Origin: Entomortierella parvispora E1425
Taxonomy: Eukaryota > Fungi > Mortierellomycota
Reading direction: 5' to 3'
NCBI GenBank assembly: GCA_020891255.1
Contig: BQFW01000012.1
Span: forward strand, 1,550,001-1,614,000
DNA: 64,000 nt
Part shown: in pieces, positions 33,821-45,597 of the stretch
How positions within the stretch are numbered: the first letter of the stretch is position 1
Layout: every line of letters starts with the position of its first letter
Translations under genes and position numbers: made by a program
The notes under the pieces: generated by a model
The model's database searches: none
The model's input: the letters and a program-made list of their open reading frames with translations, nothing else
Told to the model about the DNA's origin: nothing

Positions 33821-35754
33821 CCCTCCAGAGCCGGGGTGGTTCCCAAAAAGAACCCATTAGGACCTCCTTGACCCCCCAACCTGTCTTTGTCCTGGTCGAC
33901 CTTTTCCCCCCCCTCCCCCACAGTCTCCAAGGCGATTAACTACAGCAACAAAAAAAATGGAAATAGACCCATTTGTTATCTCCTGTTCGAGTACCTGGCA
34001 AAAAAAAAAAAAAAAAAAAGGCTGGGACCAGCTGGGTTCCCTTGAGCCCTGATCCTCCTTTCCTTCCTTCTTGCTGCAGCAACGAAAAGGAAGGGACAAA
34101 AGACTACGGAAATCATCAGGACCATGTATGACCTCCTTGAAAACGAAGAGAAAAAAAATAGTATATATAGCAGAAAAAAGGAACCGTAGGCATGCCCCAT
34201 GCAGACTCAATTGAACTGGAAAGACGTGAATGCAGTAAAAGATGAGTGCAAAGAATACAAAGGTCCCAAGTCAGTCGCCTCAGAAGGGGTCAGTTGCAGA
34301 AAGATGAGGAAGGGTGAAGGGAGATGAAGGAGGTTGGGGGGGAGGAGAAGGAGAGGGAGAGAGGAGGCAGGGAGCAAACTTGGAATAATTTTTTACGAGC
34401 TAGTGTCGCGTCAAGGGATCCCGGGGTCCAGGGAACACAGGAATTTCCTCTCGATAGTGGTACTGACGTGTCGCGGAAGCTTCAACAGCGAACATTGCCA
34501 TATTGCCTCTTTTTTGCCTGATGCCATAGTCCTGGGTTGAGCATTGCGTTATATCAATCCGCCGAATGAAAGAGGCGAAGGGATGGAGAGAGGCCAATAG
34601 GCCACATAACTAGAATCCAATAGGTACGAACAGACCAGTGTATCGGAATAGGCAAAATCGTCCCCTTGACCAAAGCGAAAAAGAGAAAAAGAGATGGGTG
34701 CCAGACAGGAGTCAGGAGGAAGACCGTCATGTCCATCCAAACAAGGTCGCCTTCGACATGCTCGAGATCTGCCATCAGCGATTTGCTGGAAGTATGGTAC
34801 TTGTGGCGCGCTCTCCTCCTCTCCTTCTCCCCCCTCTCTCGCTGCCTTCCTCTCCTATCCCCCCCTTTATTTCGCTACAACGACCTTTGTTGGTGTGCGA
34901 CAGCTTTGACTCCTTTATTCGCATGGTGCTACTCTATGCCATCCCTTCCTTTCCCCAAAGCCAGAAACAAATTCAAGGAGAGCTGCCGCGAACTGCAGCC
35001 CAATCCTGCAGCAATTGACACACCACCGATTTTTTTTTGTCTTGTTCAAAAGTACTGTATGTCTATCTTTCCGCACTCCCTGGCTGATTTTCTTTTTGGC
35101 ATCCAAATGTCGCAACGCGCACCTGGAGCTGAGGAGGGATTGAGGAAGAGGGTGAAAGGGAGGGGCCAGGGAGGGGAGAACGAGGAGAATTCCGAGGGGA
35201 GACTCTGCCGATAGAAGAGAAAAGAGTCTGGTGCCTTACCAAGCACGGCACCAGCTCCTTAGCACGCAATCATCGGAGGGGGATAGAAAGGATAGGCTAT
35301 GCGTAGGACGCGCTATGAGCACAGAAGGCAAAACGCTAGATCATCTTCTTGACGCCCACTTTCCCCTCAAGGGCCGTTTTTTTTTCTATTGGCTTCTGAG
35401 GACTTATTGTACAGCGAGCCTCCTCCATGATGATTAATGAGTCGTTGTCGAAGCTTTTCCCCTCCAAATGGCCCGGTACCTGATTCACCTGCCACTGAAG
35501 CACGTTTCTAGTGTGCATGTCCAACTCATGATACAGCTACTAATGCACCTTGATCCACAGCAAGGGGAAATGAGAAGCGTAAGCCAGATCCCAGTAGATT
35601 CATTCAGACACGGAGGTTTGAGCTTATATTGCCATAGGCAGCTTCTTTAATTGCTATCAATTTTCAATTTGACAAGACACAGAACAGAGTTCCAAACCCT
35701 TGGACTACTGTCGCGTTCAATTTACAGGGCTTATTGGGTTTCGTTGGGGGTAGG

Positions 35755-36936
35755 TTACAAAAGGGTCTCGCCAAGTGCACATCGGACCAAAGAACAGCCA
35801 ATGGTGACAGTTTGGAAGACAGATTCGTCATCCTCCAAAGTAGGGTTCACCTCCATCAGGTCCATAGCGACCAGGCAACCCGTTTCATAAATGGCCTCAC
35901 AAATGTAGTGTCCCTCTCTGAACGTCAGTCCTCCGCGGACTGGGGTACCTGTCGAAGGCGCAACAGAGGGGTCCAGGGCATCGACGTCAAAGCTCAAATG
36001 GATCGGTCTTGATCTATTGGGGGAAACATGCTGGACAGCCATCTCGACCACCTTTGCGATTCCATACTTGTCGACCTCGTGCATCGAAAAGGCTTTGATC
36101 CCATGATCCCTCAGGATCTTCTTCTCCCCAGCATCGACATCCCGAAGTCCGATATAGACCAATCGATCTTTGGTCAGACAGGGTTTGACCCAGCTGAATT
36201 CCTTGACTTGTCCTGCGATTCCCAAAAGGAACGAAACGGGACAACCGTGGATGTTTCCACTATCGGTCGTCTCTGGAGTATTGATATCCTAGGTTTTTAT
36301 CGTGGGGGAGGGGAGGGATGGTTTGTTTGTTTGTTTGTTTGATTTTTTTTTTTTTTTTTTTTTTTTGGATCAGATAAACCGTGCGAACAATTTTTGTACT
36401 CGATTTGGGGTGGCACAGACAAATATTTCCACCTACCGCATGGGCGTCGATCCAAATCAAAGCCGCGTCGGGATGGACAGACATGGTGCCCGCGACTGTC
36501 CCCAAAGCAATTGAGTGATCGCCTCCCAAGGTCAAGGCCAAGGATCCTTCCCTCAGATGGGCCGCTACAGATCCTGCCACGGATTCAGTGACGGCAGAGA
36601 CATAGCGAGAGTTCAGGAGTTTGCCCACGGGCGGATCGGAGGCGGGTCGCAATTGAGTATAATCCCTGTGGCCATCAAACCTGACCTGCCAGTCCAGTTC
36701 CTTCAGCTGGTCCAAGAGCCCAAATTCAATCATCTTTAGAGGACCTCGGTCGACACCATCCCTTGGCTACGAATTTGAAGGGGGAAGAGATGGGCCAAAG
36801 GGCGTTTAGCAACCTACACTGTGGGGTCAAGGAGAACATGCTATCTATCGCCACTACTTGCCTGCCCTCCTGAGAAAGGCACAGGGATGACGCCTACAGA
36901 TCTTTTCTTGAGGAATTTCTGGTTGACCGACGACAT
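35755..36936 (-). CDS. CAR1: Arginase
   Basis: Exons 36936-36862, 36766-36437, 36288-35755. Motifs PFSGGQ|PRDGVDRGP, LTLGGDHSIALG, WIDAHA|DINTP, SGNIHGCP, IGLRDVD, HLSFDVDALDP and GGLTFREG. The first intron is GC-AG. Confidence 0.97.
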
Positions 36937-37072
36937 TGTTGGTAAGTACTTTCGGTCTAGTTTTGAAGAGCGGTGGAGGAAAGAGAGGAAAAAGAGGAGG
37001 GAGGCGAGATTGGGGATAATAGAAAAGAAAAAAAAGAAAGAAAAAGACAAAAAGAAAAAACAAAGAGGAAGA

Positions 37073-37128
37073 GGAATGAAGGAATGAGGGAATGAGGGAA
37101 TGAGGGAATGAAGGAATGAGGAATGAGA
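37073..37128. repeat. Tandem ~8-bp repeat (GAATGA[G/A]G), about 7 copies, in the arginase upstream/leader region
   Basis: aggaatgaaggaatgagggaatgagggaatgagggaatgaaggaatgaggaatgag read directly. Confidence 0.8.
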
Positions 37129-37494
37129 GTTGTCGTCCCGACCTTCATTCACTCACTCATCCGTTGTTCAGACTTGACCAGGCTTTCCAGGCAAGCGCGC
37201 TTTTTTTCTTCTTTGTTTGTCGTGCAAACGCAGGGAAAATAACTCATGTTCGCCAACAAGTTGCGAGGAATTTCTTTTCTTCTCCATCCTCATCAAATGA
37301 CGCATACGCACCAGGGGAAAGGGTTGATCCCCTTTCTGTCTCTTTCTCGGACGCAATGAGCAGACACTCTGTGGGCTGATTCACCTCATCCCCCAGCCTC
37401 CCTGTCTTTCGTCTTTGATGGTTGGCCAATTGGATCTGGTTTGGATGCGTCTTTTTCGGTGTTCTTATTAAAACAGAATGTCATTGGTCTTTAT

Positions 37495-40400
37495 CTATCG
37501 CTTTGTCCTGTCTTTCAAGTTTCGAGAACAATGAAAAGGGACTAGAGTGGGAATGGTCGTCCGCCACATCCGTGCCGCAATCTCATCTTCGGTTCGTACT
37601 AAATAACTGGTGCTGCTCGTGTTAACAGAAGTGCACATGAAGATGTTGTCTAATTGGCAAAAAAAAAAAAAAGGGAATGGCACGTTAGAAAAAAGAGCAG
37701 ACATCCCCAAACCAGCCGTTTTGGTTTTTTTACTTGCCCTCTGTTGTGTTGCTAACGCTTGTCAGGCGCGACACAGGTTCGACCAGTTTAAAGCTCCAGG
37801 GTGTTCCCTCCTTGCGGTTATATCGGCTGATGACTCTCTTGGTCCACAATACAATATCCGTAAAGACAAAAACGTGGTACTCAGAGTCGGCATCGGTCGA
37901 GTTCTTGATCGCTCCCGGTAGATGCAACGCCGACGATGACATGTTTCGAGGGTGTCCTCCATTTCCCGTGAAGCTCGAAAAGCTGGATGACAAATGAAAA
38001 TTGTACTGCGCGACAAGTTGCGAGACTGTCGGCTGCAACTGTTTTCGTTTGGAGGTTGGCGATGAAACTGGGGACATTTTGTCTCCGAGCGACGATGAGA
38101 TGGAGACTAGAGTGGTGGCTGAAGGTGGCGACGTCGGACTGATCAATGAGAACGAGGTTCTTTGGGGTCCTTCATCCTGACTGTCGAAATAGCTTCTAGA
38201 TCGGGAAGATGGGATACTGATGTTTGGAGAGGTCGGGACTGAGCTGAAAGAGGACGACGACGTGTAAGATGATGATGACGAGGTAGAGGACGATGACGAA
38301 GAGGAAGGAGGATGGGAGGGGAACGCTGGCTTCGAGTGCAGGTGATGGTACTCCAACTGACTTGGTCGATGAATGACTGTTGGGGTGTTGTCCTGCTCTC
38401 GGAGACTTGTAACAGGAGATCGAAATCCTTCTCGCCAGTCCGTCGGTGGACTTGGAGGCGCCAGGGATTGACCGTGACCTTCAGACTTGCTATTGGCGCG
38501 AGACTTGCTATTGGACGTTTTGTGGGACTGGCGGGCAGTAATCCGATAGACTGGTCCATCAAGGATCAGATACCGATGTTGTTCAACTAGAGAAAAGTTC
38601 TAGAGAATAGGCGAGCAAGTCCAATAAGCCTAGCGTACTCGTTTTGTCTTTGGTGTAGCTCTTGCTATTCTCTGTTTTGATATACTTACCGAAGGTAGTC
38701 CTTTGATACGCTGTTGTAAGTCTGTCAACATCTCGTTATGTTCATCGATCCATATCCGATCATCAATCTTTGTGAGTTCCCGTTGGTGATTGCTGAGTGC
38801 GTGTTGTAGTTGGGCGTAATCGGGGTCCGTTCTTGCAGTCATACCCAGAATATCCTATATGGGAGGGAGGTAGATAGTCAATGACTATCCATGTCAACGC
38901 TGCGGTCTTACTAAGTACGTACCTTGAAGAAGAGAGGGTACTTTTGGAGGCGCTGGATCGGCTTTAAAAAGATGCCCTCCAACGCCAACGATTTACATCT
39001 TGGTGATTTCAATAGGTCCTATCCGGGCGAATTGTATGACAAGTCATCAGAAGGTGAAGGGAGTAGTTGCGCCGATTGTCCCTGAAGTCCTTTGCAATAC
39101 CTTAATGATAAGGCACAACTCTGAGGATCCTGACATGATGTGGGGAAAGTCCTTTGATGTTGTTGTATACTGGCCAAAGTACGAGTCGTAGATCGAGAAC
39201 ATGTAGAACTATGAAATGCCACATAGTCAAAGGAGTTAGTCACTTATGGAAAGACGTGTTTTGACGCTATCCATTCCACGTACACTTTCAAACACGCTGC
39301 CGATCTCCTTGACCACAGGGCCAGAACTTTTTTGTTTTTGCTGCAGACTCTGTACACATGAAGTAAGATGGGCTGAATTAGCGTGGATCCACCGATCGAT
39401 CGCGTCGTTTGAAATTGGGCGACAAAGGCAAGGGTGAGTGGACTCACAGTGAGGAGGGATTGATGTCCATTCCAAAGATCTTTGATATGGGACAATAGCC
39501 GCGCCAGTCGCTCATATAGCTTGATATCCGCCTTGTCCGGATTCGATCGTTTCTTGCGTCGTGCTTCTGCCATTTTGACGTTCAGTTCCTCCACAAATAT
39601 CTAGGTGTAGTAGAATCCATTAGCTCATGTTGTGAGCTGTGCGACAGAGCCAAATCTGCAAATCCAGGGTGCTGTGCTTAGGAGTTTGTCCCTTACTCTG
39701 TGAATAGTTTTGAGATCGTCCAGATACTCTGATTCCGTGTAGATGAGCTCAAAGATTGTCTCCTGCTTTTGGATGTCCTTGGTGCTTAATCCGAGTGCTA
39801 GAATTTCCTCTGCGTTTGTGCGCGTGTTGCGCCACAATGGTTTGCACCAGTTCACGGGCATGGTGGAAATCACCGTCGTTTTAGAAACGACAGGTCGAGA
39901 AGGGGTGCTAGACTCAATTGCTTCCTTTGCAGTTCCAATTGGCATTCCCGGGTCTTTTGTTACTGTTACCTTCTGTTCTGTTGTCACTGCAGTAGAGTTG
40001 TCTTGTCTATCCAGTGTTTTCTTCGCAGGTAGTTGAGAAGTAGCCATGGTGATACCATCAGCTACTTCCGTTGAGGTTGATGTAGACAGCATCATATCTA
40101 GGTTGATTTTTCCGCCTTGGCCGAGGCGACTGTTGCTCTGTATCATATTGGGACACGAGGTGCAATCTGATTCTGCACCGATGACGCCTGCCTTGCTGGG
40201 AGCAATCTCGTTGTCGGTAACGATAAAGGGGATCAGATTCAGATTCTTGGCTTTCATTGACTTTGATCGACCCACCAGTCGTCGGAATGGAGTCAGGGAC
40301 TCTTTTCTTTGTAGACGGTGAGTGTCGGATCTCTTTACGGTTGCGGAGGACGAGTAGGAAGAAGAGGAGGACGAGGTTGTAGGGTGATGACCATGCCCTG

Positions 40401-41224
40401 CTGTCGAATCCAGAGATTTTTGGATGCTGGTGAGAGTGAATCCCTTGGAATAGTGGCCACCAGGGATCGCCTGCGACGGACTCCAGCTGACACGTCGACT
40501 GGCAAATGGGATGGAGATACTGGACGGGGATGCGGGTTTGCAGAATCTAGGGCTGATCTCAGGGACTTGGATGTGAAGGTCGATCTTTGGGACAGGCTGT
40601 CTGGGCAGGGTGATCCTAATAGGTCGGCTTGCAGGAAGATCTGTCAAGAGATTCCGAAAGAGTGAGGAGAATGGACAACGAGAATGAGAAGAAGAGAAAT
40701 GCACCTCCATCGACTTCATCCTTCCATCACCTCCATTCCCTTTACGGCCCTTCTGGGCACGCAAAGAGGAGGGAGGTCAGCAGCAATCCCACATGCCCAC
40801 AAGACTCAACCCGTTGTATCCACACAGGGCGATGGAGTCAGTTGTCCAAAAATAAAAAGGGGGTATAATGGCCATTGCTATGCTGGACGACAGGGCAAAG
40901 ACGAACCACTTTCACAGAGCATGGACGCTCACCTTGTTCAGCGGCACTATCGCTGCTGCTGCTACTGCCGCTATTGTTGGTGTTGTTTTCTTTAGATGTG
41001 GCGGGGCTGGTGATGGCATTCATATCGACAGAGCTGACCTTGGGGCTTTGACCAAGATATGTAGGCGAGATGGAAGAACAACCATTGTTCACAGTGGGCA
41101 GTTTTGAGGTCTGGAGTGAGATGGGTGAGCGCACAATTGGCAAGTTTAGTTGATGACGAGCAAGCCCCTTCTTGTCGGGTAAGACAAGAGCAGAAGGCAA
41201 TGGCAGAGGATCTCTGGCCGTCAT
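37495..41224 (-). CDS. Rho guanine nucleotide exchange factor (DH-PH), about eight exons
   Basis: DH motifs IQKQETIFELIYTESEYLDDLKTIHR|IF and LEGIFLKPIQRLQKYPLFFK|DILGMT...DPDYAQLQHAL. PH-like parts HRYLILDGPVYR, YHVFVFTDIVLWTK and TE|DNIFMC...YLVRTEDEIAARMW. Long S/P-rich N-terminus; start codon tentative. The last intron is GC-AG (37737-37650). Confidence 0.88.
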
Positions 41225-42275
41225 TGTGTTTCCCTTCTATTTCTTTGTTTGCTGGTCCAGGTGGAGTCGAATGTATCAAACGATGTCGATGCGTGGTGGT
41301 GAAGGCAGAGAGTCCTGCAAAGAATAATAAGAAAAACAAATAACGGTCAACGAAACAAACAAGAACCATGACTAGCAGCACCATCAAACGACATCATCCT
41401 CTGTGAATATACCAGGCACCCGGGGAGGACTCGAATCGCATCAAATCGAAATCCAAGCATGGAACGCATTCGTATATCATGTGCAAGGCAAACCGCCCAC
41501 TGGACCGATATGTGCCATGATGAAAGACGGGCTGAAAGCAGGGTTGCAGCACTCTGGACCCCAGCGCCATGGAAGCGACAGAAAGACAGAAAGACAAACG
41601 ACAAAAACGACAACCGCGCGTCCTTGACAAGCAGCGCAAGGACGCGCCATCACCCGCGATGTTTCACGCCGTGTGCAAATAGAGAGGGTTGTGGTGCAGT
41701 CAATTACAGATCGGCCATCCTTCCCAACAGCATGCGAACATCCGGTCGACTACATTTAATCCATCACCACCATCGACACATCCATCCCTCCATCTCCACT
41801 CCCGTCAGCCGCTCCCAGCGACCACTCGACTGCCCGCCCATTCCTCGCCCTGCTCCCGCCCCCCCATACACCTTCTGACGGCTGTTGTTTCCACCCAGGT
41901 TCACCCCTTCCCCACTATTGTTGCTTTTGCTTCAAGGAGAGCGCCGACCCAACACCGCCGCTCGGTCTTCATCTCCAGACCCTTGTCGATTACATTCATT
42001 TTTCATTCGCCAAACCCATCCTTCTCTCTTCTCTCCCCTCTCTTCCATTCAATCTTGTTCTCATCCACAGCACTGCCTCTGCCATCCGCATCGCCCATTT
42101 TTTCTCTTCACTGTTTCTCCGCGGTCTTTTTATTACGTTCCCATACAAGGTCGCGCCCTTACTCTCCACACCAACCCGTCGACACAACACCGTTCTGCAG
42201 CCTGCCCTTTCTCGTTCCTCTTGTTTGTCCTCTCTTTTTCGTTTCTCCTACCTCTCCTCCTATCCCTGCACAATT

Positions 42276-44039
42276 ATGTCCTTGGCACGAGCACATGCGA
42301 AGCGGATGAAGCCAGCACTTCATGTCCAGCTCAACTCTCCTTCTTCCAACCCAGTGGCGCCTTCACCAGCGCCAATCATGAACGTAAGTCCTGCTGCAGC
42401 AGCTATCACTTTGCCTGGGTCGTATCGTGTACTACCGATCGATCGCCCAAGAGAGAAAGAAAAAAAAGAAGAAAAAAAAAGAGCTAGACGTGCATGGGCT
42501 GAGGACTCCAAGCTCCTGCTTCCTCTTTCCCGCTATGTCTTTCTCCTCGCTGAAAAATGTATTGCCTGTTCATTAGCGCCCCCTGATGGAGTACTTGGAA
42601 CGCAACCCGCGCGATCCCTCAAGAGAGAGCCAGTATTCGATTGCAGCAGGGGCTGATAGGGCTCCTGGATCCATCCGAAGCATCCCTGAAACCCCAGGAG
42701 GTACGCGTGGACCCGATCCCTTGATGAACTACACGCTCCGGCCAGAGGACATGGTGACGATCAAAAAGTTGGGCGAGGGTTCAGCTGGTACTGTCAGCAA
42801 AGTCAAGCATGTGCCTACAGGCTTCGTCATGGCCCGGAAAGTAAGTGCGAGTCATCTGGAACAAAGGCTTGCAGGCGTTGTCCCGTGTTGCCGCTCTGCT
42901 GCAGTTACTGACCCCCTTTCCTTTTGATACCACATTTTAGCACGTCCGATGTGATCCCAACCCAGATTTCCAGAGACTTCTCCAGCGCGAACTAAAGACT
43001 TTGGACAGATGTCATTCACCATGGATTGTAACATTCTACGGCGCTTATATGGAGGACGACGAGTTGGCCATCTGTATGGAGTACTGCGAGGGAGGAAGCA
43101 TGGACGCAGTGTATAAACGTGTCGCAGACAAAGGACAAACAATATCGGAGAATATCCTCGGGAAGATCAGCGAGGCGGTCCTTAATGGGCTTGTTTACTT
43201 GCACAAGATGCACCATGTTATTCACAGAGGTATGGATTCAGTGACCCATTGACAAGGGTTTATTTGCATGTTTTTCTTTTCTCGCCTATAGATATAGCTG
43301 GAGATTTTTGCTGACTGCCCTCTTGTGTTTCTATAGATTTGAAGCCATCCAACATTGTGGTGACAGTGGATGGAAGGATCAAACTTTGCGACTTTGGAGT
43401 CAGTGGTGACCTTGTCAATTCGCTGGCAGAAACCTTTGTCGGCACCAGTTATTACATGGCGGTATGTCATCTCTAGTCTTGCATGATTTAATTGAAATGC
43501 GGGGATGTGGCATTTGGACGCACGTCCTTTTATCGGTCAGCTCTCTAATCACTTAATTTTGGTTTATTTATATGGACAAATAGCCTGAGCGTATCCAAGG
43601 AGGCAAATATCCAGTCCAGTCGGATGTGTGGTCTTTGGGCTTGACCATGATCGAGATTGCTCAAAAGAAGAACCCATTCCCTCTGAACCTGGCCGCGTTT
43701 GAGCTTCTTCATTACATTGTCAACCAGCCTGTCCCTTCCCTGCCAGAGGATGAGCCATGGTCCGAGGAGTTTAGGGATTTCCTTGGCCAATGGTAAGCAC
43801 ACTTGATTCGATGAGTACGTTTTTTGATTGGTGTATGGATTGTTGAACTAAACATGGATATCCTCTCATTCACGCCATTTAGCTTGATCAAAGACTTTAT
43901 GAAGAGACCAACACCTGAGCAGATCATGGAACACCCTTTTATTGTCGAATCATCGAAGCGGGAGGTCGACATGAAGGCATGGATTCAGGACGTCTGGGAC
44001 TTTGCAAGCCCTTCAATTCAGTCACCAAAAGTCGTATAG
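42276..44039 (+). CDS. MAP kinase kinase (STE7 family), most similar to the Mkk1/Mkk2/Pek1 type
   Basis: Six exons. [16 protein letters not shown]|HVRCDPNP...[25 protein letters not shown]|[32 protein letters not shown]|PERIQG and DVWSLGLT; activation loop SLAET. Confidence 0.92.
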
Positions 44040-44245
44040 TTGAAAATACTGAACGATATTCTACGCTGGCGTCCTTGGATTGGGATTCGTGCCCATGACG
44101 CTCAGCTCGCACATAGAGTCTCTTCTCTTTTTTTCTGTTATGTCATAAAGCATTGCATGTCATTCAGTCAGCGCCTCACTCGGATGAAGCCTTCCTTTAT
44201 AATGTTTATTGTGATTGTGGTCTATGATTTAGGGTGACTCACAAT

Positions 44246-45011
44246 TTAGGCCATGAATTTTTGAAGCATGAAGAACAGTTTGGACGCAGGAAGTCCAATG
44301 ACGTTCCATGAGCAGCCATTGATGCCCTTGACCAGCAAGCAACCGGTGGTCTGATAACCATAGGCACCGGCCTTGTCCATGGGTTCACCTGTGGCCACAT
44401 AAGCCTCAATAAGCTCCTTCGTGAGAACCTGCATTTTAACCTCTGTGCCTTCCACATCCACCAGAATTCTAGGTTTGTCGGAGCCGTCCACTGGGGGCGC
44501 GATCAAGGCGACGCCAGTGTAGACCATGTGGGTTGATCCAGAGAGGCTGGTCAGCATGTCAATCGCTCCTTGGACAGATCGAGGCTTCTCAAGGATCTTG
44601 GGTCCAAGCGCTACCACAGTGTCGGCACCAATGACCAAATCGGGGGACTCGCCGTTTGCCTGGTGCAGATGGAGAGCGGTGGAGAGGTAATACAAAGAGA
44701 ACAAAAAAAAAATTAGAGGTTTGGTTGGCGTGTGCTCTCTACTGTAGGAGAAAGGAGTGTTGAGGGGGGGGAGCGGTGTTTACCTTCAAGCGACTGTAGA
44801 CCTCCAGAGCCTTTTGCAGGGCGTTTTCCTTGACATAGTCGGTAGGGTGGGGGAACAGGGCCTTGTCCAGGTTCTCTTCAAAGGTGGTAGCCACGATCCT
44901 GTAGTTGATCGCAAGGTGGTCCATGATCTCCCTGCGCCGAGGGGAGGTCGATGCAAGAATGACCTTCTTTGTGTTGAGCTGATTGAGCCATTCGACGTTA
45001 AGGACGACCAT
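44246..45011 (-). CDS. maf: Maf-like nucleoside triphosphate pyrophosphatase (ASMTL N-terminal/YhdE type)
   Basis: Two exons. VILASTSPRRREI, FEENLDK, KALEV, VIGADTVV, ILEKP, LSGSTHMVYTGV and EPMDKAGAYGYQ. Confidence 0.93.
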
Positions 45012-45269
45012 GGTGGATGGAATGCTGTGCCGGTGCAGTGGCGGAGAGGGAGCAGAGAAGAGGACGAGTGAGTGTATGTGTGGCAGACCGGCAGACTGGC
45101 AGACTGGCAGGCACACACACACAGCAGCAACAGGTTCAGGTTGGCTCTGCCCAGCCCAGATTCAGCACGTGACACGATCGATCGAGCGATTCACCGATTC
45201 GCTCCCTCTTTCGCCCTCAGGATGATGAGGTTCTGCATTGTTCTTTGGGAGGGAGGGAGAGAGGGGGGG

Positions 45270-45310
45270 AGACAGAGAGAGAGAGAGACTGAGAGAGAGA
45301 GAGAGAGAGA
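45270..45310. repeat. (GA)n microsatellite in the Maf/SPF1 divergent promoter; similar tracts at 6291-6330 and ~23520-23550
   Basis: Dinucleotide tracts read directly. Confidence 0.85.
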
Positions 45311-45597
45311 CCTTGCTTTCTTTCTTTCTTTCTTTCTTTCTTCATCATCATCTCCCTCTTTTATTTCCACGGGTGCTCCATCTGGTATGCTGTCCCCCCC
45401 CTCCCCTCCCCTTCGTCTGCTCATCTGTCCCACTTGTGCCAGCACATCGCTCATGTGCTGCACTTCATTTCTTCATCAAAGTCCGCATTGCTAATCCTCA
45501 TCTCCTGTGCTCATCTTGATTCAATCCTCCGCCACCACAGTAATCTCTTCTTGTGTCTGCTGCTGCTTTCACTTGTTCAGGCACATCACCCGCTGAA

